Made by a program: the position numbers and the translations under genes. From Candidatus Bathyarchaeota archaeon (GTDB lineage: Archaea > Thermoproteota > Bathyarchaeia > Bathyarchaeales > Bathycorpusculaceae): a DNA stretch of 64,000 nucleotides. Location of the stretch: contig CAVZIW010000003.1 in the NCBI GenBank assembly GCA_963775465.1, positions 1 through 64,000 of the forward strand, read 5' to 3'. The notes under the pieces are model-generated. The model saw nothing but the letters and a program-made list of their open reading frames with translations, ran no database searches and was not told the DNA's origin. Below, piece by piece: positions 51,692 through 60,844 of the stretch. The stretch's first letter is position 1. Each line of letters opens with the position of its first letter.

Positions 51692-51984
51692 CTTCTCCTC
51701 CTTTGATGTATCCGTGACTCACACGTGATTTCCTCTGATTTAAGTTGTTGCATCACATATCACAGTATTTTCCATGGACTATTAAGTTTTATGGTGATCT
51801 TATCACATTATTAATATGACATCACACATCACAGTTCATTATTAACGATGCTTATCATGCTCGTGTATCTATAAATAGCCCTTATTTAGGCTTATTTTTA
51901 TAATTAGAACTTGAATATTGCGTTTAAGAGTATTTATATTTACTCCATGGAAATGCGAAAAAATATGTGATTTGTGACGTCACA
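51687..51984. repeat. Array of ATCAC/GTGAT short repeats (cluster 1)
   Basis: About 12 TCAC/GTGA cores. CATCACATATCACAGT (51751) is nearly identical to CATCACACATCACAGT (51820). Palindrome TGTGACGTCACA at 51973-51984. Confidence 0.75.
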
Positions 51985-51994
51985 CCTATCATTC

Positions 51995-52477
51995 TTAGGG
52001 GTTTGAAAGGCGTTTTAGGCTCGTTTCGAGCTCTATTCTGATGATTTCTATTACCTTTAGATGGTCTTTTAGTTCCTCTTCCTTACTAGGAATATCTTGG
52101 TGTGCCTCCACATATTCATGCAGTTTATTGGCTATTTCGAGGTAAGGGTCAAGAGTTGTTGTATCAAAAACACCCAAATAACCTAGAAGCAGTACTGTGT
52201 AAATGGACTTAATTACGTTTTCACGGGACTGTTTTAGGGTCCTATTAAAGGCGCCGCGGCTTATTTTAGCCTTTGTTAATCGTAAAGCAGCTTTTTCGTC
52301 GTACTTTAGCTGTTTCCCCGACAAATTTTCTGCTAAAACATCAATAAGAAGCGTTTCGAGCTGTGTTTTAGATAATTGGCTGTTTTTAGCCAAGATTTTG
52401 ACAATAGGGTCGTTTAAAGCGCCATTTAACCATGCTGTTACACTGTCTTTTAACTTCAAATTACTACTTATCTCCAT
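51995..52477 (-). CDS. Conserved hypothetical HTH-like protein
   Basis: SQLSKTQLETLL...YDEKA...ISRGAFNRTLKQSRE pattern. Confidence 0.75.
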   Translation of the reverse strand: MEISSNLKLKDSVTAWLNGALNDPIVKILAKNSQLSKTQLETLLIDVLAENLSGKQLKYDEKAALRLTKAKISRGAFNRTLKQSRENVIKSIYTVLLLGYLGVFDTTTLDPYLEIANKLHEYVEAHQDIPSKEEELKDHLKVIEIIRIELETSLKRLSNP

Positions 52478-52836
52478 ATTATGAATGGATACAGTTTTGT
52501 ATACTAACTCCTGTTTTTAACCTTTATCCAACAATAAAAAGTACAATAGTTAATAATAAAACACCTAAAATTAAGATAAAATATAAAAACAAACCAATAG
52601 TTTGCCCAATTGCTGAGTTGGACGATGATTAGCTATATTTAACAAAAAATGGCTAAATCCTTGATTTATTATTCGAGCCAATAATTTAAAATTTAAATAA
52701 AAATGTACATTTATAATCAGCAGCCCTTTTTTTTAACATAGATTACGAAATTAAAACACACTTTTTTTAACGACAATCAAACGTCAAAGCATTAATTTCG
52801 ATCAAATACTTACCCGTGGTTACCTTGAAAGCCGTC

Positions 52837-52950
52837 GTGACGTCACTCCTCACAGCGAAATTACCGTGATTTTTGCATGAATCACTTGATATCACATAAC
52901 TGTGATCACCTTGTGATTTCGAACTCCACGGATTATCGCTTGTATGTGAC
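52837..52950. repeat. Array of ATCAC/GTGAT short repeats (cluster 2)
   Basis: GTGACGTCAC (52837), TCAC (52850), GTGAT (52866), ATCAC (52881, 52891), GTGATCAC (52902), GTGAT (52913), GTGAC (52946). Confidence 0.75.
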
Positions 52951-52953
52951 TTG

Positions 52954-53790
52954 TTAGAGTAATTCAGAATATTGCTTTAGTTTCTCGAAAAGTTCAGGTC
53001 GCAGATCTCGAAGGGTTGGAATAAATGCTTCAGCAGTCCTTAAATCAGCGTAATCCACTTCGCAGAGAACAAAGTCTTCCTCGTCATACTTTCCCTTTGC
53101 CAATACATCACCTGTTGGGCTTAGAAGACGACTTCCACCCCAGAATTGCAAGCCGTCCTCCACGCCAGATAGGTTAACGTAGGCAAGGTAAGCCGTATTC
53201 TCGAGTGCTCTGGCAGCGGTTAGTATTTCAAAATAGCTTCTGCGCACTGCCGGTGATGCGGAAATACAAACTAAGAGTTGCGCGCCCTTCAAACGGGATA
53301 GCCGAAACACTTCTGGAAAGAAAACATCGTAGCAAATCGTTAACCCGATATTGCCCAAGTCGGTTTGGAAGACAGCTGGTTCATGACCAGAACGAAAATA
53401 CCTCTTTTCTTCAAACACGCTATGGGTCGGCAGGTACATTTTGCGATATTTGCCGATTAAACCCCTGGGGCCAATTATAACGCTGGTGTTGTAGATGGTC
53501 GCTTTGGTATTCTCGCATAGCTCAGGCATCCCAAAAATTATGTGCATCTTTGTTTTCTTTGCTAAATTCTCAATCTGTTGGACTGATGATCCTGTAATTG
53601 GTTCTGCTAATTCGTAGACTTGATCGTGAAGTACGTATCCTGTTAGTGACATTTCAGGGAAGATCGCTAGGGCTGCTCCTTTTTGCTTAGCTCTTTTTGT
53701 TAGCTCCTCGATTTTCTGCAGATTAGCCGCTTTGTTTTCTCTTTTGCTGCTTATTTGACAGAGAGCAAGTTTGATTTTATCTTTCATCAA
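52954..53790 (-). CDS. Carbon-nitrogen hydrolase (nitrilase superfamily)
   Basis: FPE, YRKMYL, TICYD catalytic E-K-C triad. Confidence 0.92.
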   Translation of the reverse strand: MMKDKIKLALCQISSKRENKAANLQKIEELTKRAKQKGAALAIFPEMSLTGYVLHDQVYELAEPITGSSVQQIENLAKKTKMHIIFGMPELCENTKATIYNTSVIIGPRGLIGKYRKMYLPTHSVFEEKRYFRSGHEPAVFQTDLGNIGLTICYDVFFPEVFRLSRLKGAQLLVCISASPAVRRSYFEILTAARALENTAYLAYVNLSGVEDGLQFWGGSRLLSPTGDVLAKGKYDEEDFVLCEVDYADLRTAEAFIPTLRDLRPELFEKLKQYSELL

Positions 53791-53798
53791 AGTCCTCT

Positions 53799-54641
53799 CT
53801 AGTAGGTGTGTCTAGGGAGCCTAAAATCATTTCCCACCGTTCGAAAGCCTAGCTTCGCAGGAAGAGGCATTCGTCTTTTATGTTCGTTTGATATCCAACG
53901 TTTTTTGATTTTGTCAACGATTGTGAGATCGAGATCAAGTTGGTTAGCAATTTCTTTACTCTTCATAAATCGTTCGAGTCCATACAGAATAAGGTCAAGT
54001 GTTTCGTAATTGATTTTAAGCTCTGACTCGGCTAACTGGTTTGGCCAAAGTGCTGGTGTAGAGGGTTTTAACGCAAGTTCTTCTGAGATTCCAAGATGAC
54101 ACGCTAGCTTTCTTACCTGAAGCTTGTAGAGGTCGATTATTGGGGCTATATCAGCTGCGGCGTCTCCCCACTTAGTAAAGTAGCCCATCATTGTCTCCGA
54201 CTTATCAGAGGTTCCACAGACTATGCGGTTTTGCTTATTAGCATAGAAGTATAGTAAAATCATCCTTGTTCTTGCTTTGATATTTCCTTTGCAAAGACGG
54301 TCAACAGGATCAAACGCAGGGATTCTCTGATAGAAGCTTTTCAGGACGTCTGTCATGTCGATGGTTTGAGTTTCTAATTGGAATTGATCGGCAATTGTTT
54401 GGGCGTCTTCTATATCTTTGCGTTTAAAGGTCTCTTTCTCCGGAAGCATAAGTGCTAAAACATTTTTTCCGCCTATGGCTTTGCTTGAGAGTGCGGCTGC
54501 TGTTGCACTATCCACTCCACCGCTAAGTCCCAAAACGATGCCTTGAGCACCTGCTTTTTCCACGTATTCTTTGATGAAACGGCAGACTCTTTTTTCTACC
54601 GTTGAAAAATCCATGTCTAGTACATTAGGCGTTAACTTCAC
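53799..54641 (-). CDS. nadE: NAD+ synthetase
   Basis: GLSGGVDS, NIKARTRM, GYFTKWGD, HKR. Confidence 0.95.
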   Translation of the reverse strand: MKLTPNVLDMDFSTVEKRVCRFIKEYVEKAGAQGIVLGLSGGVDSATAAALSSKAIGGKNVLALMLPEKETFKRKDIEDAQTIADQFQLETQTIDMTDVLKSFYQRIPAFDPVDRLCKGNIKARTRMILLYFYANKQNRIVCGTSDKSETMMGYFTKWGDAAADIAPIIDLYKLQVRKLACHLGISEELALKPSTPALWPNQLAESELKINYETLDLILYGLERFMKSKEIANQLDLDLTIVDKIKKRWISNEHKRRMPLPAKLGFRTVGNDFRLPRHTY

Positions 54642-54738
54642 GTTTTACGCAGCCTCACTGTCAAAGTTTGTAGGCAAGTATTTAAGAACAAGCGTAAATA
54701 TTTAATGACCATTATCGAAAGATGAAGAAGGTTAAAAG

Positions 54739-55008
54739 ATGGGGCGAAGAAGGAAAAAAGTTGTTCACATTCCAAAGAAACGTTTACCTAAATTCTTCTC
54801 TTGCCCTACATGCGGAAAAGAAACCGTGCGCGTGGAGATAAATAGAGAAGATGGAGGTCGTTCAATTGCACAATGCAGCAGTTGCGGACTTCAGGAAGAA
54901 TTTCAAATTAAACAAGCTCAAGGTGAAGTTGACGTTTACTGTATGCTGACCGATAGAATCTACGGATCACAAAAAAGGACACCTGTAACAAACTCTAAAG
55001 AAGAGTAA
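54739..55008 (+). CDS. elf1: Transcription elongation factor Elf1-like
   Basis: MGRRRKK...LPKFFSCPTC...CSSCG...VDVY. Confidence 0.88.
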   Translation: MGRRRKKVVHIPKKRLPKFFSCPTCGKETVRVEINREDGGRSIAQCSSCGLQEEFQIKQAQGEVDVYCMLTDRIYGSQKRTPVTNSKEE

Positions 55009-55788
55009 TTGAAGGATATTACTGCCATGGTAGGGCATATAGAAAAGTACTTGATTGAAAAAATTAAGAAAGACGGCTCAATTCACATAACCCTTATTGA
55101 CCCAGAAAAAGTTACAGCAGAAGGGGCCGCTACTATTTCTGAAAACTCCAAGAACAGTGGAACAACGGCAATAATGATTGGAGGATCAACCTTTTCCTCA
55201 CAAAGCCACCTTGATGATGTAGTTAAAGCAATAAAATCCAAAATAGACATCCCTGCTATACTCTTCCCAAACAACGTCACAGGTATCAGTTGTCACGCTG
55301 ACGCTATTTGGTTCATGTCCCTGCTAAATTCAGTTGACCCATATTTCCTCATAGGAGCTCAAATTCTTGGTGCTCCACTAGTTAAAAAATATGGTGTGGA
55401 GCCAATTTCGATGGGATATATTATTGTAGGTGACGGAGGAGCAGCTGGCGTAGTAGGAAAAGCAATCTCAGTTCCTTATAACAAGCCTGACCTTGCAGCT
55501 GCACATGCTTTAGCTGGGCAATATCTTGGTATGCGATTCATCTACCTAGAAGGGGGCTCAGGCACTGCTATTCCCGTACCGACAGAAATGATTAGAGCAG
55601 TTAAACATTTGATCGATGTTCCTCTTATCGTCGGTGGAGGGATACGGACCAAAGAGCAAGCTTTAGCAGCAGCGTCCTCAGGTGCCGACGTAATTGTAAC
55701 AGGAAACGTAACGGAATCCAGTGATGCGACGCAAAGAATTGCAGAAATGGTAAGCACAATTAAAGGATCAAAGAAAACTCAGGCTTGA
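55009..55788 (+). CDS. Geranylgeranylglyceryl phosphate synthase
   Basis: LIDPEK, IGGS, FMSLLNS, YLEGGSG, VGGGIR, VTG. Confidence 0.93.
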   Translation: MKDITAMVGHIEKYLIEKIKKDGSIHITLIDPEKVTAEGAATISENSKNSGTTAIMIGGSTFSSQSHLDDVVKAIKSKIDIPAILFPNNVTGISCHADAIWFMSLLNSVDPYFLIGAQILGAPLVKKYGVEPISMGYIIVGDGGAAGVVGKAISVPYNKPDLAAAHALAGQYLGMRFIYLEGGSGTAIPVPTEMIRAVKHLIDVPLIVGGGIRTKEQALAAASSGADVIVTGNVTESSDATQRIAEMVSTIKGSKKTQA

Positions 55789-55874
55789 TAATAAAGTCAA
55801 GGCTGAATTTTTCAGGATAGTTTAGAAAGCCAAAATAACCTATTCATTATTATTCGTTCAGGTGTGCTGTAGAT

Positions 55875-58800
55875 TTGAACATTAGCAACGGCTATAAAAA
55901 TTATATAGACACATTAGATGAACTACTAAAGGAATTATACACCATTAGCGACAGCACTCGATCCAGAGGACTTGATCCCGCCCTAAGAACTGAGTGTATA
56001 CGCGCTCAAGACATTGCAGACTTAGTCGAGGGTTTAGTTGGACCAAAACACGTCGCTCTTAGCATCCGCCAACACAGTTCGAAGATGCCCAGAGAAGAAG
56101 TTGCTTTTAAGGTTGCACAAGAAATTGCTCAAGGCAAATTCGCTCAAGGCGAGCAAGGGCAAGAACAATTAGCTGAACAAGCGATTAGAACTGCACTTGC
56201 AATTTTTACTGAAGGCTTAACTGCAGCACCAATTCAAGGTATCGCTCAAGTAAAAGTAAAAACAAACGCTGACAGAACTCGTTACCTAGCAGTATATTTC
56301 GCTGGTCCTATTCGTTCAGCAGGAGGCACTGACCAAGCCTTAACACTAGTCGTGGGGGATTATGTGCGACGTGAACTTAATCTTGATAAATATAAACCCA
56401 CCGAGGAAGAAGTCTCCCGCTTTATTGAGGAACTGCGTCTGTACGAACGCTCCGTTGGACGATTTCAATATCACATTCCGGATGAGGAGCTGAGAAAAGC
56501 GCTTAACCTAATTCCAGTTGAATGTACAGGTACTGAATCAGACCCGGTTGAAGTTTCCTCCTACAGAAATTTGGAAAGAGTTGAAACAAACCGTGTTAGG
56601 GGAGGCGCTCTAAGAGTTGTCAACGACGGAATTGTTGGGCGCGCCCAGAAAGTGTACGTAATCATTGAAAAGTTAGGTTTTCAAGGTTGGGAATGGCTAA
56701 AAAACTTCAAGAAGAAATCTGAAAAAAAATCCGGAGGGTTTATGGATGATGTTATTGCAGGTCGGCCAATTTTTGCTTTTCCATCTACTCGTGGTGGTTT
56801 CAGACTGAGATATGGTAGGTCAAGAAACACTGGGCTCTCGGCTGTAGGTATTCATCCTGCAACAATGTTGGTAGTTGAAAGGTTTCTTGCTGCTGGCACA
56901 CAAATGCGTTTGGAACTACCCGGTAAAGGCGGGGTTACGATGCCTGTAGATAGCATCGAGAAGCCCGTGGTTTTGCTCAAAGATGGTTCTGTAGTTCGGG
57001 TATCACTTCAAAATTATCCAGAAGTTAAAGGCAAAATTCAAAAAATACTCTTCTTGGGGGACATACTCATAGATTTTGGAGATTTCCTCTATTGCAACAA
57101 AACGCTTCAACCGTCTGGTTATGTTGAAGAATGGTGGGCAAAAGATCTCAAGAACGCAATTAACTCAAAATTTGAAGATAACATTAAAAAAGCTTCAGAT
57201 TTGTCTACTTTATCTATAGAGACTTTGGAGGCTTTCATATTTGATCCCTTCCAAAACAAGCCAACTGTAAAAGAGGCAATTGTTCTTAGTCAAAATTTGG
57301 GTGTTCCACTATCTCCTAACTGCACATTTTTCTGGACAAGTTTAACCAGTTCTAAGGAAGTTGAAGCGCTGCAAAAATGGCTGGCTTGCTGTGATGTCAC
57401 CGTTGAAAATGGAGTTGCTTCCAAAATAGCTGGTCCCGATAATAATGAAGTCGTCAAGGCGCTCCGAAAAATTTTAGCTCCACATAGAATCGTAGATGGA
57501 AAAGTGGTGTTATACGGTGAAGATGCTGCTGCCTTTGGGTTTACTCTTGGTTTTGGTACATCACGACTGACGCAACCTTTGCCAGCAGTTACGGTTTTAG
57601 AGGCACTGAATCTATTATCGGATGTTCAAATCAAGGATAAAGCGCCAACTTATGTGGGGGGACGCATGGGCAGACCCGAAAAAGCAAAACACCGCGAAAT
57701 GAAACCCCTAGTTCACGTCCTTTTTCCAGTCAGTTTGAAGGGCGGTTCTCACAGAGATTTGATGGAAGCTGCTCGGCAAGGACCAGTGTTTGTTGAATTA
57801 GCTAAACGTAAATGCCCAACCTGCAAAACTTATAGTCTAAAGATTCATTGTCCAAACTGTAACTGCGAAACTATGCCAGAGAAGAGTTGCCCGCGCTGCG
57901 GCAGAAGCGTAAAAGACGCAGGGTGCCCAATATGCAAAACCGATGGAGTCATGTATCATAAACAACCTGTAAATTTTAAGGAAATGTTGGAAACCGCCGC
58001 TAACGTTCTCGGTTGTCAGCTTCCCAAGATGTTGCGTGGTGTTAAGGGCTTAACTAATCAGGATAAGACTCCGGAAATTATCGAAAAAGGGATCCTAAGG
58101 GCAAAGCATGGTCTATCTGTTTATAAAGATGGAACTATACGTTTTGACGCAACCAACGCGCCCTTAACTCATATTTCACCAAGCGAGATTGGTGTCTCTA
58201 TAGAGAAAATGCATCAGATGGGCTATTTGTCAGACATTAATGGCTTGCCCTTAACTGATCTTATGCAAATTTGCGAATTAAAGATACAAGATGTTGTGAT
58301 ACCTTGGCGGGCAGGCGAATATTTTGTTCAGATAGCTAACTTCATCGATGATCTTTTGACTCGGGTCTACAAGCAACCAGCATTCTATAATGTAAAAGAT
58401 GCGTCGGACATGGTTGGGCAACTTATTTTCGGGTTAGCGCCTCATACCTGTGCTTGTATCTTAGGTCGAGTGGTTGGATTTACTGATCGTAATGTTATCT
58501 ATGCTCACCCAGTTTGGCATTCAGCCAAACGCAGAGATTGTGATGGTGATGAAGATGCAATAATGCTTGGTCTTGATACTCTCATCAACTTTTCTAGGGT
58601 CTATCTTCCAGCTCAAATTGGGGGAATCATGGATGCCCCAATCTTGCTCATTCCTTTCGTGAACACTAAGGAAGTACAGCGACAAGCTCACGACTTTGAC
58701 GTTAGCTCTAGTTATCCAATAGAGTTCTACCACAAGACTTTGGAAAGGTATGATGCTCGACCAGCTAGCGCCCTTATGGATGTTGTCGGCCATCGATTAG

Positions 58801-59291
58801 GTACTGAAGCACAGTTTGAAGGCTTTCAATATACCACGCCATGCACTAACATCAATTTGGGAAACGCCAACAGTTCCTACAAGGAATTCAAATCTATGAT
58901 TGACAAGCTAGATATGCAGTTGGCGTTAGGAGAAAAAATCGATGCGGTTGATGCTAGGCGTGTTGCTCTTAAGGTTCTTAATACGCATTTCATGCGTGAT
59001 ATTGCAGGTAACATGCGAGCCTTTTCAACACAGGGATTTCGCTGCAAATCATGTAACAAGAAATTTCGTCGTTTACCCCTTAAAGGAAAATGTCCTTTTT
59101 GCGGTGGAAACTTGACGCTTACGGTATATCGTGGAGGTATCGAGAAGTATCTTGTTGCTGCCCAGCAACTTGTTGATAAATATGGTTTACCCAAGTATTA
59201 CACGCAACGAATGGATTTGATTAAAGAAGAGATTGCAGCTATGTTTGATAATAAGAAACCCAAACAATCAACCCTTTTTGACTTTAAGTAG
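55875..59291 (+). CDS. polC: DNA polymerase D large subunit DP2 (no intein seen; C-terminal PIP box)
   Basis: YFAGPIRSAGGT, GGFRLRYGR, RMGRPEK, KRRDCDGDED, terminal QSTLFDF. Confidence 0.97.
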   Translation: MNISNGYKNYIDTLDELLKELYTISDSTRSRGLDPALRTECIRAQDIADLVEGLVGPKHVALSIRQHSSKMPREEVAFKVAQEIAQGKFAQGEQGQEQLAEQAIRTALAIFTEGLTAAPIQGIAQVKVKTNADRTRYLAVYFAGPIRSAGGTDQALTLVVGDYVRRELNLDKYKPTEEEVSRFIEELRLYERSVGRFQYHIPDEELRKALNLIPVECTGTESDPVEVSSYRNLERVETNRVRGGALRVVNDGIVGRAQKVYVIIEKLGFQGWEWLKNFKKKSEKKSGGFMDDVIAGRPIFAFPSTRGGFRLRYGRSRNTGLSAVGIHPATMLVVERFLAAGTQMRLELPGKGGVTMPVDSIEKPVVLLKDGSVVRVSLQNYPEVKGKIQKILFLGDILIDFGDFLYCNKTLQPSGYVEEWWAKDLKNAINSKFEDNIKKASDLSTLSIETLEAFIFDPFQNKPTVKEAIVLSQNLGVPLSPNCTFFWTSLTSSKEVEALQKWLACCDVTVENGVASKIAGPDNNEVVKALRKILAPHRIVDGKVVLYGEDAAAFGFTLGFGTSRLTQPLPAVTVLEALNLLSDVQIKDKAPTYVGGRMGRPEKAKHREMKPLVHVLFPVSLKGGSHRDLMEAARQGPVFVELAKRKCPTCKTYSLKIHCPNCNCETMPEKSCPRCGRSVKDAGCPICKTDGVMYHKQPVNFKEMLETAANVLGCQLPKMLRGVKGLTNQDKTPEIIEKGILRAKHGLSVYKDGTIRFDATNAPLTHISPSEIGVSIEKMHQMGYLSDINGLPLTDLMQICELKIQDVVIPWRAGEYFVQIANFIDDLLTRVYKQPAFYNVKDASDMVGQLIFGLAPHTCACILGRVVGFTDRNVIYAHPVWHSAKRRDCDGDEDAIMLGLDTLINFSRVYLPAQIGGIMDAPILLIPFVNTKEVQRQAHDFDVSSSYPIEFYHKTLERYDARPASALMDVVGHRLGTEAQFEGFQYTTPCTNINLGNANSSYKEFKSMIDKLDMQLALGEKIDAVDARRVALKVLNTHFMRDIAGNMRAFSTQGFRCKSCNKKFRRLPLKGKCPFCGGNLTLTVYRGGIEKYLVAAQQLVDKYGLPKYYTQRMDLIKEEIAAMFDNKKPKQSTLFDFK

Positions 59292-59338
59292 CTAAAGCTT
59301 TTCAAGCCAAACAGCATCTTCTCTATCGGTGAGTAAAA

Positions 59339-59599
59339 ATTAATCAAACATGTCATCCTAACGCCTACCTTAAGAACATAAGGAACGTAAAGAGTGGAAT
59401 TGCTGCCCGAAGCAAAATCCTCATGTTGCTGGATGAACAAGGGTCTAGTGCAATCAATATTGCCGAAAAAGGTGCTTTAACCTATAGTATTGTATTATAC
59501 CACCTTCATCTTTTAAAAAACGAAGGTACAGTGGAACGGAAAGGCAGAAGGCGGTATGTTTGGCTTTCGTCTGGTTATGGTCAGAAACGTCTAAGTTAA
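59339..59599 (+). CDS. Small ArsR-like winged-helix protein (not in ORF track; probable ATT start)
   Basis: INQTCHPNAYL...ARSKILMLL...IAEKGALTYSIVLYHLHLLKNEGTVER...W...GYGQKRLS*. GGTGA 6 nt upstream. Confidence 0.75.
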   Translation: MNQTCHPNAYLKNIRNVKSGIAARSKILMLLDEQGSSAINIAEKGALTYSIVLYHLHLLKNEGTVERKGRRRYVWLSSGYGQKRLS

Positions 59600-59883
59600 A
59601 AAGTGCATGAGCATGGTAAGCTTTGGCATTTTGGACATTTATAGCTGTACTTGTCAGCGGTCGCTTTTTCTAAGTCAATTCCCATTATGTTGGCAAGGGA
59701 TGCAAGCCAAGCAATGACGTCTGCAAACTCTTTTTCTGTTGCTTCACGGTTACACCCTTTGAGTTCTTCACCCAATTCAGCGACTTCGTCAACAAGCCAA
59801 TTAAATGTGCCCTCTACTCCTCTCTTAGAATCTCTTTTTAAGTAGAGTTGTTTCATCATTTCTTGAAATTCTCGGATTTGCAT
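59596..59883 (-). CDS. MazG-like nucleotide pyrophosphohydrolase
   Basis: WLVDEVAEL...EFADVIAWLASLAN, CPKC..PC.C tail. Confidence 0.88.
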   Translation of the reverse strand: MQIREFQEMMKQLYLKRDSKRGVEGTFNWLVDEVAELGEELKGCNREATEKEFADVIAWLASLANIMGIDLEKATADKYSYKCPKCQSLPCSCTF

Positions 59884-60118
59884 TGAAATTCACTGTTTAG
59901 GGTTAATTTCTTGGGCGTTATAAAGGTTAAAACTGTTTAGGCTATTCTTATTTGACTGATGCTTTTGTATACCGACACTCTCAAAGTTGACCTGCTGACT
60001 TCCAAAAAAAATGCCCCTTTGTTGAGTATTTTGGGTTTATTGGGTATGTCGGCGCAAGATTAATTAGTGCAAGCAATATTAGGCATGTATCAAAATAATC
60101 TGTTATAGGGATGTTAAC

Positions 60119-60292
60119 GTGAGCCGACGCAAAAAGAAAGAAACAGGGCCGATGCCTGCTGCTAGTGCGGGATTGTTGCGTTTCTTCGAGGAAGAAACTG
60201 AAGGTGTAAAAATTAGGCCTGAGCTACTTGTGGTTCTTTCTGTTTCGTTGATAGTTGTCTCTGTTTTAGCTAAAATCTTCTTTGGAGGCTAA
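60119..60292 (+). CDS. secG: Preprotein translocase subunit Sec61beta (below ORF cutoff)
   Basis: MSRRKKKETGPMPAASAGLLRFFEEE...KIRPE followed by a TM helix. Confidence 0.9.
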   Translation: MSRRKKKETGPMPAASAGLLRFFEEETEGVKIRPELLVVLSVSLIVVSVLAKIFFGG

Positions 60293-60299
60293 TTTTTTA

Positions 60300-60590
60300 T
60301 TAGCGTCTTGGCGCTGCAGTGTGCAAGACTTCTATTCTCTGAACAGAGTTTAAATGTAGAAATAGTTCGCTTCTTTCTTCTCGACTAGCAATCTGAGGAA
60401 TAGGTTGAGCTATGGTTGATCTTAGAACGATTGCTTCAGCATCAGATAGCCATATTCCAGAAGGCTCATGCGTAACTGCAGCTAATGTACCTTCAAAACC
60501 GTAGGCGGGATCTAAAATAACTCTAATTTTATTGCCCACATTTCGTTCCAGCATGTGAAATATCGATGGAGGCAAATTTTGGTCTGGCAT
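60300..60590 (-). CDS. Sm/LSm-fold protein
   Basis: VGNKIRVILD...FEGTL...IWLSDAE Sm1-like motif; LFLHLNSVQRI Sm2-like motif. Confidence 0.65.
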   Translation of the reverse strand: MPDQNLPPSIFHMLERNVGNKIRVILDPAYGFEGTLAAVTHEPSGIWLSDAEAIVLRSTIAQPIPQIASREERSELFLHLNSVQRIEVLHTAAPRR

Positions 60591-60844
60591 AAGCCTAGCA
60601 AATTAATATGATTGTGCATCTAAAGATAAAACAGTTCCCCTATCGCTGTATGTTGCTTTCTTCGGTCATGAAGATTAAAGATCCTTTGAGGACCTTGCCT
60701 TTTGATATTTTCATGATAAATGGTTGCCTTGTCTGTTTTGTGTTATAGAAAAAAATGTCTTTAATGTGCAGCAATCGTAGTCTAATCTAGCTAAAATTTA
60801 ATAGTTAAGGGTCCTTCCTTAAAAGACGAATTTAAGGTGGAAGA

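Noticed and set aside
51687-52950. Repeat arrays as CRISPR or ORB elements
   Set aside because: Units are 5-16 bp with irregular spacing, no cas genes are present, and they lack the TCCA-N-TGGAA/G-string ORB pattern.
59950-60055. Possible C/D-box sRNA between mazG and Sec61beta
   Set aside because: Box C is imperfect (TGATGC); the region is adequately explained as divergent promoters.
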